A stretch of DNA of 64,000 bases from Rhina ancylostomus (GCA_030265395.1 JARFYF010000036.1:15597299-15661298); one strand, 5' to 3'. Counted from the first letter of the stretch, positions 24,663 through 38,662 are shown. Notes: generated from the sequence alone by a model not told the origin. Numbers and translations are program-made.

Positions 24663-26423
24663 GTGACAGCAGTGTTTATAAACTGAGTACATAAAGAGAA
24701 ATTTGTTTTCAATGACTGAATTTCCATAAAATTATTGGGTAAGAAAATAGGCAACGTCTTTTTAACACTAGTGTAAGGTTCAGGAGTAGCTTTCAAAGGG
24801 GATTTGGAAAACTGCTTGAAGGACAAGTTGCCAGGTATGGCTGAAGAGGCAGGAGTAGGATCAGATGATTTGAAGAGCCAGTACAGAATCAATGAGTTGA
24901 ATGACCTCCTCCTCTGGTGTACTAGTTTCTGACTATATTTAATTTGAACTATTGTGTAATTATTGTCTGGATTCAACTAACATTGATGTCATTTTAATTA
25001 GAAGTTTGGGTGATAAAAGCCAATAATTTACTTGATGGCATACTGTACTGCTGTAAGAATGACTTAAAGATAAATACTTTTGGAAAATGCGTACAATGGT
25101 ATAATTAAAGTTTGCACATTCAGAGGGAGTCAATAATTGTAAATGTAGAATTAATTAATGTTCAACTTTGCAATTAAAACACACAAGTGAAGCAGTAAGT
25201 TTTAACGTGTGTCAGATTTATAATGCCATTTGTATAAAAAGCAAGACATTTAGTCTGCAGATCTCTGAAAAAGGCAGCTTGATGGTTCTTTGTAAGAGGA
25301 TGTGCAAATTTGATTGGTCACATGGATATCTTTGATGTCTTTGGACAATTGTGCACAATTCTGGTGAATGTTTTCATGCTGAACACTCAGGCCTTTCTCA
25401 CTGTTTTCCAATAAACAAAATTAACCAAGTCTTAGGAATGAAGCTGCACAGAGATATCCTTTTAGTGATGGTGCAGAAAATGATCAAGGCATAAGTCTTT
25501 TTCTCTGCTCAATTTAACTAGATGTGCAAATGAAATATGAGGAAAGCTTCTGGTGGTGTGTTTTTGTTTATAACAGCCACTTCTGCTCATTCACTTTCTA
25601 CTCATAAAATGGTCTGTGGACATTCCTGGGGTACTTGTGGACTCGGCCGCAAATTCCACTGGATGAGCCTGGATCAGCAGATCCAATTCCACATTGGTAT
25701 CTGCAGCTGCACACAGGCAGTGATTCCATTGTGGGCCCCAGAGTAAAAAAAATACAAATGCCTGCTGATGCCAGAAGCATTGATTTTCATTGGCGTGAGT
25801 GAAAATCAGAGAGAAGAAAATTCCCTCATGTACAGATGAACCAGTTTCTTACTCCTTTCTTAGAATTGCAGGTTGCTAGCTTGTGTTTATCCTTTCTTTT
25901 TGGGACCTTCCTTAGAAGCTGCTTACAATGGTAGAGTTTGAACTTCTAGGTGGTGTACATTAGCTTTAATTAAGGCTTGTTGATTTCAAACTTGTGTATT
26001 CAGTCTCAATTCTTGTTGCCTCACTTAAATAAATTTCTTATCTTTACATCATCTGTACTTCCTCATCTCATAAAAGTCTGGATCATGTTTCTCTAAATCT
26101 TGTTCTCTCCACTGGAAACAGGTGCAACATTTCAAATTTCTCTTTATAACTGGCACCTTTATGTTTCACAATTGACCTAGTTCCTCTTCCCTGAACAAAT
26201 CCCTTCTCAAGCAGGTCAGTCACTGAACTNNNNNNNNNNNNNNNNNNNNTTTCTTTGATATTCACACTAGTAACCAAATTCATTTTGTTAAGTCCAGGGT
26301 AAAAACAACAGTTATATTTCTGGATAGCAAAAAAGGGGAGATTTGTATGAGTAGGCCTTTGGGCAATGGTATTTACAATTTTTTACAAGCTGTTGAATTT
26401 CTGTTTTTTTAAAGGAGGGATTA

Positions 26424-26761
26424 CAGACTGCCCCTCAGTTACAAATGCCTGACTTATGGACACCCATACATACCAATGAGTTCCCATAATATTATTGTTT
26501 TTACAATTTGCATATGAATTTACATATCAAGTCCAATTTACATATGAATGTTTATTCCTATGAATGGCAGAACTAGTTTCCTCTCTCTCTACTTTTAGTA
26601 ATTGTTCTTTCTTCTTATGTGCTTTTGATGCCATTTATTACAATACTGTGGAGGCATGATTGCCATATCAAGTAATTTTTGTGTATGTTCTGACTTACGG
26701 ACTAAATCAACTTACGAATGTCTGTAAAAACAGAACCCATTTGTTACACGGGGACAGCCTG
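26424..26761. mobile_element. Tigger/pogo-like (Tc1/mariner) MITE
   Basis: TA|cagactgcccctcagttacaaatg ... catttgttacacggggacagcctg|TA: ~24-bp imperfect TIRs with TA duplication, 338 bp. Confidence 0.85.
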
Positions 26762-27499
26762 TATTTGCATTGCAAATTTCCAGACATGTCTCAGTCATTG
26801 AAAATGTCATGGACATTAAGATTTGAGCTGTCTGCATTTAATATTGGATGTCTCAAAATTAAATAGTCTGGATGCTACTTAAAAAAAATGATACATGTCT
26901 GAAGTGGTTTGCATAGCTCCTGGGTTTGCTTTATAACCTTGTTACAACTAAAGTCAGAAGGGTTCCACTGAAATCATACTGCTTTCTTTTATGTTTTTAT
27001 GATTTTCACAGTAGTATTGGAAACTTTGGTCATATTCTTCCTCAGGACTTTCTGATTGCTAATGATGCCGGTGGGCAAGGTTCCTCCTCAGTTGTATTGG
27101 TTTGAAAAACTGCAGCATAATGTACCTTGGGATCATTTGATTTGCCTTTCATATACTGATTAGTTTAAATGGCTTCTGTAAATATTGTTTTAATCTCACT
27201 ATGGCTGTTTGAGAATTGAAATTAAATATTTTTAAAATAATCTGGAAACTAAAAGCTGGCACTAATAAAAGTGGGATGAAGCTGTCAGATCTTCATATTT
27301 ACCCAATTATTTTGCTGAAATCCTTTAGGGAAGAGAATAAACCATCTTTACCTTATCTGTTGTGAAGCCTGCCACAGTTTAATTTCAAGGTGATTGAACA
27401 TTTAGTCATATTCTGCAATGGCTAGCAATCCATTCAGTCATATCAAAAAAAGCCCACCAGCCCCAACAAACTCAAGGCAACACAGTGAAGACATGAACC

Positions 27500-27710
27500 T
27501 GAGATGCTGAAATCTGGAGCAAAAAAAAACCAAATTGCTGGAAGAACTTAGATGGTTGAACAGCATTTGCGGAGGGAAATGGACAGTTGATATTTCAGGT
27601 CAAGACCTGGACTAGATGAAGGGTCTCAACCCAAAATTTTGAATGTCCATTTCCCTCCAAGATGCTGATCAACCCATTGGGTTCCTCCAGCAGTTTGTTT
27701 TTTGCTCAAG
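27500..27710. repeat. Palindromic Penelope-terminus-like element, copy C
   Basis: gagcaaaa..caaattgctggaagaac..ggagggaaatggaca versus tgtccatttccctcc..gttcctccagcagtttgttttttgctc; centre has ctagatgaagggtctcaacccaaaa. Confidence 0.85.
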
Positions 27711-28594
27711 GTAACACAAGATGAGCAATGAATCCTAGTCCAACATTGTCCATATCCTATAAATAATTAAAACATCTAACCATTCCAGCAATGCCTATGT
27801 GCTGTGAATAAATTAAAGGTAAGATAAATACAGAATAGATGGCAGGTTCTAAGACACTCCACCACTTGTAGTTCAAACAAATTAGAAAAAAAGATTAGAG
27901 AATGGCTGTTGAAGCAGGTCCCTAAATTCTTTCAGAAGTTGTTAAGTTGTTGAAGGAATATGGAGAACAAACTATAGATTACATTTTGTGAATCTTGATG
28001 GTTTAAACAGGCTGCTTCTGTTCTGTAATTTGCTGTCTCTGTATGAAGTGGAGAGAGCAATTGAGCAGGTAAACCTGAATGTCTCAGGTCTGTTCAGTTA
28101 AGGTTTGGATTACCAGAAATATTTCCAATTAAATTTAACCATCTGGACTGCAGCTGAATTCCTGGTGTTCAAACTTTGTATTTAAGCCCCAATGCACCAG
28201 GGCTCTCTAAATAAACTCAGCTGACATATGATAGCAAATCAGAATATTGGCCCTTTTTCACTGAAATCTAAAGGAATATTGAAAACATTTAATGATCAAT
28301 GTCACTCTATTTCCATTCTGCTTACGGTGAGGTACATCTGAGAGCAATTTCCATATGAAACCAATGTGATTAGGCATGTAATAGTCAAGGCAACATTGAA
28401 TGTCACTCACAGCAGAAAACATAAATCTACCACAAGTAGTGGAGAACCAAATGTATTTGAAAAAAAAATTAATTAAAAAAATAATATTACTAAAGAAAAT
28501 GTACTGGAAAAATTAATGGGAATGAACAAATGATAACGGGAACAAATGTAACACGAAAATTACTGATGGAAAAATAAGCTGTTCGAATGCAATA

Positions 28595-29085
28595 AGTCTG
28601 CAAAGGAATACATACTGATGAGAAAGGATGTAAAGATATTTGAGAGAATGCAGCAGCAATTTCCTCAAATGATTCCAGGAATGAGGAATTTCAGTGATAA
28701 GATTGGGGTGAAATAGTTCTTTTAGGAGAAAAGAAAGCCAAAAAGGAGTTTTGATAAAGATGACAACAAGTTTGAATAGGGGAAGTATAGAGAAGCTGTT
28801 CCTTCAATGGGTGGTTTCAGGGACACAGCTTTAAAGATAAAAAGACACACGGGGCTGTGAGAAAGATCTTTTTACATGGAGAGTGATTGTGATTGGAACT
28901 CACTGTAAGGGTGATGGAAACAGAATCAGTCAGTAATCTCAAAAGCCAATTGAGTAGACACTCAAGAGAAAGTAATTTAGAAGGATTTTGGGACAGAGAG
29001 GGGAATGGGACTAATGAAATTGCTTATAGCAAGCCAGAATCGTCATGACGGGCTGAATGGCATTTTCTGTTCTGAAGCAATTCCA
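28595..29085 (+). mobile_element. Old CR1 3' end
   Basis: gaaaggatgtaaagatatttgagagaatgcag..atgattccagg and tail gggctgaatggc..ctgttctg. Confidence 0.7.
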
Positions 29086-29204
29086 TGATTCCATGGATGG
29101 GCAAGAAAGTGGAGGTAGAAGTGTCATATTACGATCAGTGCGGCTATTCACTTAATTGGAAAGATTGATTGAGACTTGAGGACTTGAGGTTATTAGTAAA
29201 TGAA

Positions 29205-29430
29205 AATAGTAAAAACCTGCAGATGCTGAAAATATAAATAAAACAAGTGCTGGAAACACTCAACAGGTCGGGCATCATGTGTGGAAAGAGAAACAGAGTT
29301 AACATTGTAGATCAAAGATCCTTCCCAGTTCTGACAAAGAGTTTACAACCTGAATCATTAACTCTGTTTCACTTTCCACAGATGCTGCCTGACCTGTTGA
29401 ATGTTTCCAGAATTTTCTGTTTTTTATTGG
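29205..29430. repeat. Palindromic Penelope-terminus-like element, copy D
   Basis: ctggaaacactcaacaggtcgggcatc..gtggaaagagaaacagagttaa versus ttaactctgtttcactttccacagatgctgcctgacctgttgaatgtttccag. Confidence 0.85.
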
Positions 29431-30033
29431 AGGTTCCCACCGTCTTCTCAAATGCTCCTTCACAGGGCAAGGATTCCTATGAGTCTGTAAAAAAGTAATG
29501 TTTTTTTCAAGGAGGCTTAGAAAAGACCAATGGAGCATTTTCTGTGTCCTCCTGGTTGTCTCTTGTCATGATGGAACTTGAAATAGAATGCCCATTGTTG
29601 GGTTTTCGAATGATGTGGCCTGTCCATCAAAGCTGACTGAATATAATAAGACCCTCCATGCTAGAGATATTAGCCTGGGAGAGGGTGCTGATATTGGTTC
29701 ATTCATCCTGCCAATGGATCAGCAAAAGGCGCACTGAAGCATTCAAACACATTTGTTGGATTCACCACATCAGTACTTTCGAGGTACTATAAGAAGCCTC
29801 TGAAGTGCAGGAACATGCACAATTCTGTTTGTGATTGTATTTCAATACAAGCTGTATATGTTAATTGAAAATGATCCATTGTTTTATAAAAAAACAATAA
29901 TGATATTAAGAGTTTCATTAAATTATGATTCAAAGCTGTCTGAGCCTATCTGCACTTTTGTGTTGAAGCCTGTAAGGATTTATTGTAGTCTTATCTTGAA
30001 CACATTCACATAAGTTATCTTGTCTGTTATCAG

Positions 30034-30236
30034 CTACATGGCTACATGGAGAACAAGCCTTTAAGCCTGCACATATTTATTGGAACAGCGGATGAGCGAA
30101 TCCTGAGGCCACATGCCTTTTACCAAGTCCATCGCATCACTGGCAAAACAGTCTCAACCACCAGCTACGAGAAAATCTGTGGCAATACCAAAGTTCTGGA
30201 AATCCCGCTTCAACCGGAAAACAACATGAAAGCAGT
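30034..30236 (+). CDS. NFATC2: NFATC2 RHD exon ([38 protein letters not shown]...NNMKAV)
   Basis: tgttatcag| acceptor and GT|gtaaga donor, 203 bp; MENKPL, ERIL and SYEKI are NFATC2-type residues. Confidence 0.97.
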
Positions 30237-33200
30237 GTAAGAATATTATTTTAATTAACATGTTACCAGTATGTCATATAGTTTTAAAAATACTTTGTTA
30301 AATGTTACTCCTAAAGACAATGACTTGGATAATGGCTTGCTGCTGTTGTTATTCCTTTACATTACACAATTTGGTTAATTCCCATAGAGAATGATGAAAT
30401 GAAAGCCAGGTGCAGTACAGGTCCTGGGTGGACTGTATCTGTCAGTCTCAAAACAATCTCACTTTGCACTACATTGAATGAATTCATTAACACATTTGGC
30501 TGATCTCAGTTCACTTTAACAGTAAGGTTTTTAAATTGTTTATTCTGTCAATGATTTTGTTTCTCCTGTGTATCAAAAGCAATGCATTTCTGCTACTGCA
30601 CTGCTAATCTGACTTTTAAGCAGTAAATTTAAATGACATGTTGATGTAGTAAGCAATTATTTTTGAGATTAGCACTGTGGTGGTTTGTTGAATCATGGTG
30701 TAGGATCTTCATATCTGCACCATGCTTTGCCTGAACTCGGACTGTTCAATGTACTCAGGATGCTTAAATTTTAAAAATGGCCCATTCCCCAGGACTTGAC
30801 ATCTCACTTGTTATTACCAACCTGATCTCACCTAAAATATGAATTGTAAAAAAAACCTTCTGTGCTTTTGCTGAACTTTTTTGTTCTGCCTACCAATCTA
30901 TGTATCTTGGACCTTTAAATGTTACTTACAAAATGTTTTCCTGCAGATTGAAAGAGTGACCAGCACAATTACAAATAGCTGATCTTCTTGTTCTATTTTG
31001 GGGGCATGTATTTCATCAACCTAGTCAAATACACTTATTTTAGCTTCTCTGTAGGATTTTGACATTAAAGAATACTAATGGAAAGTACTGTCATTTCAGT
31101 TGAATTGTTAAGTACCAAGACATGCATAAAGTGGATGAAAGTTTACCTTTACCATTATAGGCCATTTATATTGTTTTGCAGTATAGGTACTGCAATTGAT
31201 AGGTGGAAAGTCTAACAAGTGCAGAAGCAGATGCAAAAGTATTTTTGAAGCATGAAAATTAAGTTACCAAGTCTAGGTGTCGCTATGTAAGGTGAAAATT
31301 GCCTGATTGTACCACTGCCTCAAACTAGTGGTTCGTATAAAAGTTTGTATAATTTCCATTCAGACTTTCTCTCCTTACATTCCTTTGTTTAACTGCCATT
31401 CCAGGAACAGAAATCTAAGCAACCTCATGCCCTTTGACCTGATCTTAATTATAAATAAAAATTAATAGCAAAATTCCATAAGGGCAGCTTATAACGGCAC
31501 AACTTGGAATGTTTTCTACTACCTTTCTTATATGGAGNNNNNNNNNNNNNNNNNNNNNNNNNNNNNNNNNNNNNNNNNNNNNNNNNNNNNNNNNNNNNNN
31601 NNNNNNNNNNNNNNNNNNNNNNNNNNNNNNNNNNNNNACCTTTCTTATATGGAGAAATCAAAGTGCAGCTTAAAAAGGCTGAAGAAAACATTTATTTACA
31701 ATCACTTTGCAATCACTTTGAGTCATCGTTTTAATAAAATTAGATAAAAGACCACAATTTTTCTATATTGAAGGTAATAAAGACCATGGATACTTGTCGT
31801 TACTATGAAACAGTAACTTTAGTGTATCATTTCCTGCCCACCTGCTTTCAGTTGTGGGTGCTGAACTTGGAATAGCCTCATTCTTGGGGTCAAGGAAGCT
31901 GCACTGCTTAGTAAGGCACAGAAGACGCTTTGTGGAGTAGTCTGTGGAATAGTGGTACACATTCTTTCTCGCACTAGTAAATAATGTTCCTTGGCTGGTC
32001 CACTCGAGAATAACATGCAGAGAGATTCATGGACTAGATCATTCTAGGGAAACTAGACAGGATAGAGAGAGTTTAGCAGCCTTCTTGTAAGTTCCATGAT
32101 TTTAGTTGATCAAGGTCAACAATATTCACACTTTTAGTCCTTAAAATATTAGTAAAAACTTAATTTATTGCTCTAGGTAGGAACTGTATTCACGTGATCC
32201 TTACTTTGCAAATGGGAGCTCTGTATAGGTGGATTTCTTGTTTAGCTTTGGAGACCCTTAAACAGACTATTGGGTTTCTGCATGTGTCAACTGTCACTGA
32301 CCAAGAGAAAGGCCCTCTTGCATATAACGAAAGGAAGTCTTGTTGTTTAGTTGGCCGAAATCTACTTTTTATGTAAAGGCATACTTATTTTTATTTTAAA
32401 ACATTTAGAGGCAGTTTATTATTTGTGCCCTATTATTTGTGCCAGCAGGTTGTGTCTGTTCTTATGACAACATATGGCTCAAAATAGATTTCCCATTGAA
32501 TCTGCTACAGTACCTGACCTTAAATGACCAAGTAAGCTAGTCAGATCGGGCATGTGAATTATATATGATTTGATATATCAAAATTAAATTGAAATAAATT
32601 AAGGTCATACATAGGAGAGTAAAGCCCTATAATCCTTTAAAACTTGAATCGGCTGAGGTTCATTTTAATCTGATTTGCTTTCTATTCCCACATCTACAAA
32701 TCTCTGGCTGGTAAATAAAACCTAGTTGTATTTTACACTAGCTCTTTATAAAGAATGTTTTCAATCAGTGTAACAAGCAACAGCTGGAAAAGACAATATC
32801 ACTTTTGTTGGCGTTTGGCTGTATTTTTTAACTATCAAAAAATCATATTGCTCACATCTAGAAAAATGACAGGAAATAGTGGCTGGGATTCTTGTCCAAC
32901 TGATTGAAACAGAATAGATAAAATGGAGCAGAACATTACACCTGATCATTTGTTGGCAGAGTTATTGAGCAATTAGTCTTAATGAGTGAACTGAAGCACT
33001 TTCCAGTTACCCTTAAGCAGGAAATCCTGGCTCATGGGATTGTACTGGAGGTAGGGATGTCTGAAGTGGCCAAGTTTTTGTGCAGAGCAAGTGGCCAAGT
33101 GGCCAAGCAGTTGATTCTGGATCATATCTGAAACCAGAACCAGTTAGCTCCAGAGACACAGCATCACCTTCACAAAGACTAACTATAGCTATTCAGAAAA

Positions 33201-33734
33201 CCAGGAAAGAAAGGTTGAAAGATTTTTGATACTGAGAGGCAGTATTTATTCTTCTGCATTAATTCTAGGAAGGTTTAAAAAGCATCATAGAGACCTAGGA
33301 CACCTCTTCAATGCTTTCTGAATGTGCTTTAACAACCCAAGTGGAGTTATTGTCATCTAATGTTCACCAAGTGGTGTAAAACTGTCCTCTCTGGGTATTT
33401 TCACAGTACAACTCTCCAGTGTCCAGCTGCAACTTTGTAAACACATCCTGAGACTCTAGGCCTGATGAAATCTTCAGCTGTGGTTCATACCTCCACTTAA
33501 CTGACATGTGAGAGTTTATGTTGGGAGAATAAGATAAGAAATTTGATGAAGGTTTTCTGTGCTGAAGTTTGCAATCTAAAAGTGACTATTAACTGCTTCA
33601 ATTATTCAAAAAAAAGGATATATTAATGTTAATCTTTCCCCTTCTCCCCAGAAAGAATTGGCTATTGCTACATTTTTATTGCATAACCCCCAGTCATGGT
33701 GGCCATTTTGCATGTGCAGACCTAGGCAAAAATT

Positions 33735-35600
33735 GCAGGATCATAGAATTGTTATGCCACAGAAGGCAATCATTTGGCCCATTGATTCTTCGACCAGCTC
33801 CTGGAAGAGCAAAACCACCAGAACCACACACTAGCACTTTTTCTCTCTTATGTGCCTATCTAATTCTCTTCTGAAAGTCCTAACTGATTCTGTTTCCACC
33901 ACCCCTATAGGTTGTGTGTTCTAGGCAGTGAATATTAGGGCAGTATTGAATCATAGAAGATTTGCAACACAGAAAAAGGCTATTTGGCCCATCAAGCTTA
34001 TTTTAGCAGGCCTAATCCCACCTTTCCATTGTACTCATTGGTCTTTGACCTATCAGCTACAGGGAACACATTACTTTTATTTCTCCTATCTGAACCTGTT
34101 ATGATCTTGTATATCAAATCTCTCAACCCTAGTTTTTCTGGTCTAACCTTAATCCCTGAATCCCTCTTCCCTGGAGTCCTTCTGCTAAATCTTGTCTGCT
34201 TTCTTTCTTGACTCTTCACGTCCTTCCTAGGATGACCAGAAATGGACTCAATGCTCCACTTTGTGGCCTAATTAGTGTTCTATATACTCTCTGATCTTGC
34301 ATTCTATTTCTCTATTTGTAAATCACAGGATTCACAAGTAGATGGTGGCAGCACAAATAGGGATGGTGAAGAACGCAAATGGTTTAGTAGCCTTCATTAG
34401 CTAGGGCATAGAATATATAGGCAGTTGGCTGTGGTACAACTCTATAAAACATTGGTTAGGCCACAACTGTATGCAGTTTTGGTCACCACACTCTAAGAAG
34501 GACATAATTGCACAGGAGAGGGTGTAGTGGTGACTTACCAGGATGTTGCCTGGGATGAGGAAAGACTGGAGAGACTCAGTTTGTTTCCCTTAGGGAGGAT
34601 GAGGCTGAAAGTTGATCCAATTGAAGTGTACAAAATTTTGAGGGGTATAGACAAGGTAGATAGAAGGAAACTTTTCCCTGTAATAAAGATGTCAAAAACC
34701 AGTTGGCAGAGGTTGAGGGCAAGAGGGAAGAGGTTTCGAGGGGATCTAAGTCAGAGTTCTTTTTGCCCAGAGGGTAGTTGGAATCTGGAATGCCTTGCCT
34801 GAGTGGATGGTGAAAGGGGGAATTTTCACAGCATTTAAGAAGTATCTGGATGGGCACTTAAATAACAAAGGCACAGAAATCTATGGACCAAGTGCTGGTA
34901 ATTGGGATTAATTTTTATGGGTAATTGATGGTCAGCTTGGTTGTATTGAGCTGAAGGGCACGTTTCTCTGCTGTGTAACTCTGACTCAATGTTTCCAAAT
35001 GCTTACTAGCCACTCTTGCCATCCCCTGCTGTTTTCAAATTTAGGCACAAATACACCTAGGCCCCTTTGTTACTGCACACCATTTAGAACTGTGCTATTT
35101 AGTCCATATTGTCTCTACTAACTGTTTCTGCCAAAGAGTATCATGTCTCAATTCTCTGGTTCAAATTCTGGCAATTATCTGCTCATTCTGTCAGCCTAAC
35201 TATGTCACCTTATAGTCTATCACTATCCCCAATGTTTACTACACTTTCAAGTTCTGTGTCCTCTGTAGAGTTGGTGATTTTACCCTGGATACCCATGTCT
35301 AAGTCAAAAATGTACATCAAAATAAGCAGTGGCCCCAGCTCCTACCCCTGAGGAACATTAATATCTATCATTCTCTGTATTTGAAAAATAACTGCCCATT
35401 ACTCTCCATTCTGTTTTGTTAAACCAATTTCCTAATCACGCTACCACTTTAATTTCATGGTCCTCAATTTTGCTCAGCATTTTGTAGCGACCTTGTCTAC
35501 TGAAAATCCACATAATCTACTGCATTCCATCCATCAATCTTCTTTGTAGCTTGATCAAAAAATTTAATCAGGTTAGTCCAATATGATTTTGTTTATGCTT
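33735..35600 (-). mobile_element. Minus-strand CR1 fragments split by a plus-strand CR1
   Basis: Minus ORF LGLRDLIYKIITGSDRRNKSNVFPVADRSKT; resumes after 34990 with reversed RT region. Confidence 0.7.
34335..34990 (+). mobile_element. CR1 LINE 3' end
   Basis: EERLERLSLFPLGRMRLKVDPIEVYKILRGIDKVDRRKLFP and tail gaagggcacgtttctctgctgtgtaactctgactc. Confidence 0.9.
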
Positions 35601-37129
35601 CTTTATTAGCTCAAACTTCTCTAAATGCCTATTAATTTTATTTCCCTTTTTAAAATAATTTAAAGAAAATTGTTTGATACTGAAGTACCCTCAAACCTCC
35701 AATATCAAAATTTTTTCTGAATTAGTTGAGTTTTTGCTGTATTGATGGCTAGTGTTAATAAGAAGGAAAGAATTTAAATATCTAATAAAAACTTTTAATC
35801 TTGCAGCCACTGTGAATGAGAATAAAATGAAGGGTAAGGTTTTCATTTTAACGTGGAAAGCTTTCCACCTATTGTCCTGAATCTCCTCAATTTATAAAGG
35901 GGTCCAAGGATTTACTATTTGGCATGTGGCCAGTTATTGCTATACACCATTGGAAATATGAATGGCAGTTGTTGAAAATTTTCTGTTGAAAATGCCTTGA
36001 GTTAATATTCCCACAAATGGATATGGTTGACACAATGTAAAATTCTAGTCTGATTGCTTTTTCTAAAACTGGGGAAAGAAGTGTCTGAATTATTTCTCTG
36101 GTATTTGCTGGTTGGCTATCAAAAGGTGAAAGAGAGGAGGAATGAAAAAAATTAAATTTATGTTATGCCTTTCACAGCTTCAGGACATCCAGAACCACTT
36201 CAGCCAACAAAATCCAATTGAAGCATAGTTACTGTAATAATACAGGAAGAGTAATGCTACATAGAAAGCTTTTTCTTTCATGTGGGAGACACTGAGTTGC
36301 TTGGATTGTATAGGAAAAGATATTTAGATTGGCTTTATTATAAATCTCAAAACTGGCCAGATATGGATAGTCATAAGGATTGTTATCTCTTCATAAATAA
36401 AATGTATCTGTGTGGTACCATAGAGGGCATTAGCTTTGGACAACTGAGTTGCAATCAAAAGCAAACACAATCCCAGAGAAGCTAAACTTTTAACTCTAGC
36501 TAACTTTCAATGTAGGGTTAAACTGGAGCTGCATTTATTGAGCACTACACTGTTATTTGCCTCTAATTACAAGATGCTTAAATATTATCACCCTGAAAAT
36601 TTACATTATGAATAGCAAAAATTTACTAGCAGAAAACATGGTTAAAGAGGTCCTGGGAAGATCGCATGTCCTGCAATAGATAACTAGTGCTGGAGAAGAT
36701 GCACCTGATTGGAACGTTAGTGGCACCCTGAGGAAGACACCTGTGTTCTCCACTCTGGATTCCCACTCTCCCCCTGCATTTGCAGTTTCTGGTCAACCTG
36801 CCATCCCTAATTGTGGCACCCAGACTGGGGTGAGGTGGTCTTTAGCCAGGCCTTCGAGGGCCAAAAATCTTTGAGGTCACCATCGCTACAGTGTAGCCAC
36901 AGGAATAGCCCAGTGTAGGAGCAAAACGAGAGGCAGAGGTTCATGGAAAAAGTGCACCAAGGAAATGTATAGTGGTGATTAGTTAGTTTCTATAAAATAA
37001 TGCATGATTTCATGCATAGCTTTGATTTCTTTTATTGTGCATTGTGGACAAGGGAAATTTAGGTGTGGGGCTGTTAGTGAGAATCTGTTACTGCAGTTGT
37101 TGGCATCACACTCAGGTAAACTTCTCATC

Positions 37130-38050
37130 ACCGGCCCAGGGAAAAAGACACCATCTCCTCTATTCCTTTTCTTCCTCCTGCTCTTGCTCCNNNNNNNNNN
37201 NNNNNNNNNNNNNNNNNNNNNNNNNNNNNNNNNNNNNNNNNNNNNNNNNNNNNNNNNNNNNNNNNNNNNNNNNNNNNNNNNNNNNNNNNNAGATCTTGAC
37301 AACCTTTTTGTGGGAGAGCTCATCCAGAGGCCTTGGGTGTGGAAACATTATTAACATAGAAACATAGAAAAAAACTACAGCACAATTCAAGCCCTTTGGC
37401 CCACAAAGCTGTGCCGAACATGTCCATACCCTAGAAATTACTAGGCTTACCCATAACCCTCTATTTTTCTCAGCGCCATTTACCTATCCAACAGTCTCTT
37501 AAAAGACCCAAATGTATCCGCAAATTATTCTGGCACACGAATGGTGCACAACTGTCTATGTTACCCACCAAGTCACTAGCTAGATCCTTGTCACTCTGTA
37601 ACAATCCTTTGGCTTCCAATGTTGACTCAAGTGCCACTAGTTTGGCAGATTGCTGCCAAATAAGGCCCTTATGACTTCTGCCATGATATTAGTTAATGAG
37701 CTGCTCCCTTCACCTGCTGGTTTTTGGCAAGACAGAATAAAATGCATTTGGCTCCCTTTGAATAATTCTCTGTGACTTTCCATAAGCAGCAGATTGCAAA
37801 ATGTACCAAATATCTCCAGCTCCAGCATAGGAGTTCACTACCACAGTAACCTTGGCAGCCATTGAAAATGAGGTCCATGACCTGCTTTGAGTTTGAGGTT
37901 GTAGCAGCTGCAATTAGAAGATTTCAGTGTGGGAAGACCTTACTGATCCACAAACAATTCACATGTTGTTCCCTACTGAGGTTCAGGTTAAAGGATGCCT
38001 TTGGTGGATGTGGTGTCCTTCAGTCACACCTTCTCCACCATCATCCAGCA
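37130..38050 (-). mobile_element. Decayed Harbinger transposase, interrupted by CR1 tail (37355-37520) and an N gap
   Basis: Minus ORFs LLQPQTQ..MAAKVTVVVNSYA..AGDIWYILQSAA, CLWKVTENYSKGAKCILF, LDELSHKKVVKI and EQEQEEEKE follow HARBI1-family order. Confidence 0.7.
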
Positions 38051-38562
38051 TATTTCCATGGTCTATGTGCCCTCTGCTCACTCCTTTTTTTCCATGCTAT
38101 ATTCCAAAGGGAATCCATATTTATGCTTCCAAGTCTGGCTGCAACTGGATTGTGCAAAAGCCTTGAGACATGCAAGGGTCCTTCAGTATTTGCTACAACA
38201 ATCCCTGGAGCTTTTAATAACATGGAACAACTTTTGAAACTCTCAAAAGTTTGACTAATAGCCAGCAGAAATAAACCAGCAAATCTCCTAAACTTAAGAG
38301 AAAATACTAGCCCAGTGCAGGACCAGGTCAATGGTCTGAACACTAATGCATTTACCACTTTATGTTCTGGTGTGATGCACAGTGTAGATGCCACTTGGTT
38401 GCCAAAAAATGAACACATGTTTCCAATTTCTCATTTGTTTATCTTGCCAAATTTTGATACAGTCATTTTGTTAGTCCTTTCATTTGAAATGACCACCCGG
38501 ATCATTTGGATCCCAGCAAGATGTAACCCTAAGTATCTTGTCCGGGATTTAGAATTTCTTCA

Positions 38563-38662
38563 CAGTTCTGGTGAAGGATCTTTGACCAGAAACTTTAATT
38601 TTTTCTCTTTCCATTGATGTGCTTGACGTGCTGTTTCCTGCATTTTCTGTTTTTTATTTTGG
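38563..38662 (+). repeat. Single arm of the Penelope-terminus-like element
   Basis: cagttctggtgaaggatctttgaccagaaac..ctttccattgatg..tttcctgcattttctgtttttta. Confidence 0.6.

Noticed and set aside
25781-25808. 9-bp hairpin tgattttca/tgaaaatca (similar stem at 14851-14889)
   Set aside because: AT-rich short stems, probably decayed transposon ends; too little evidence for a specific call.
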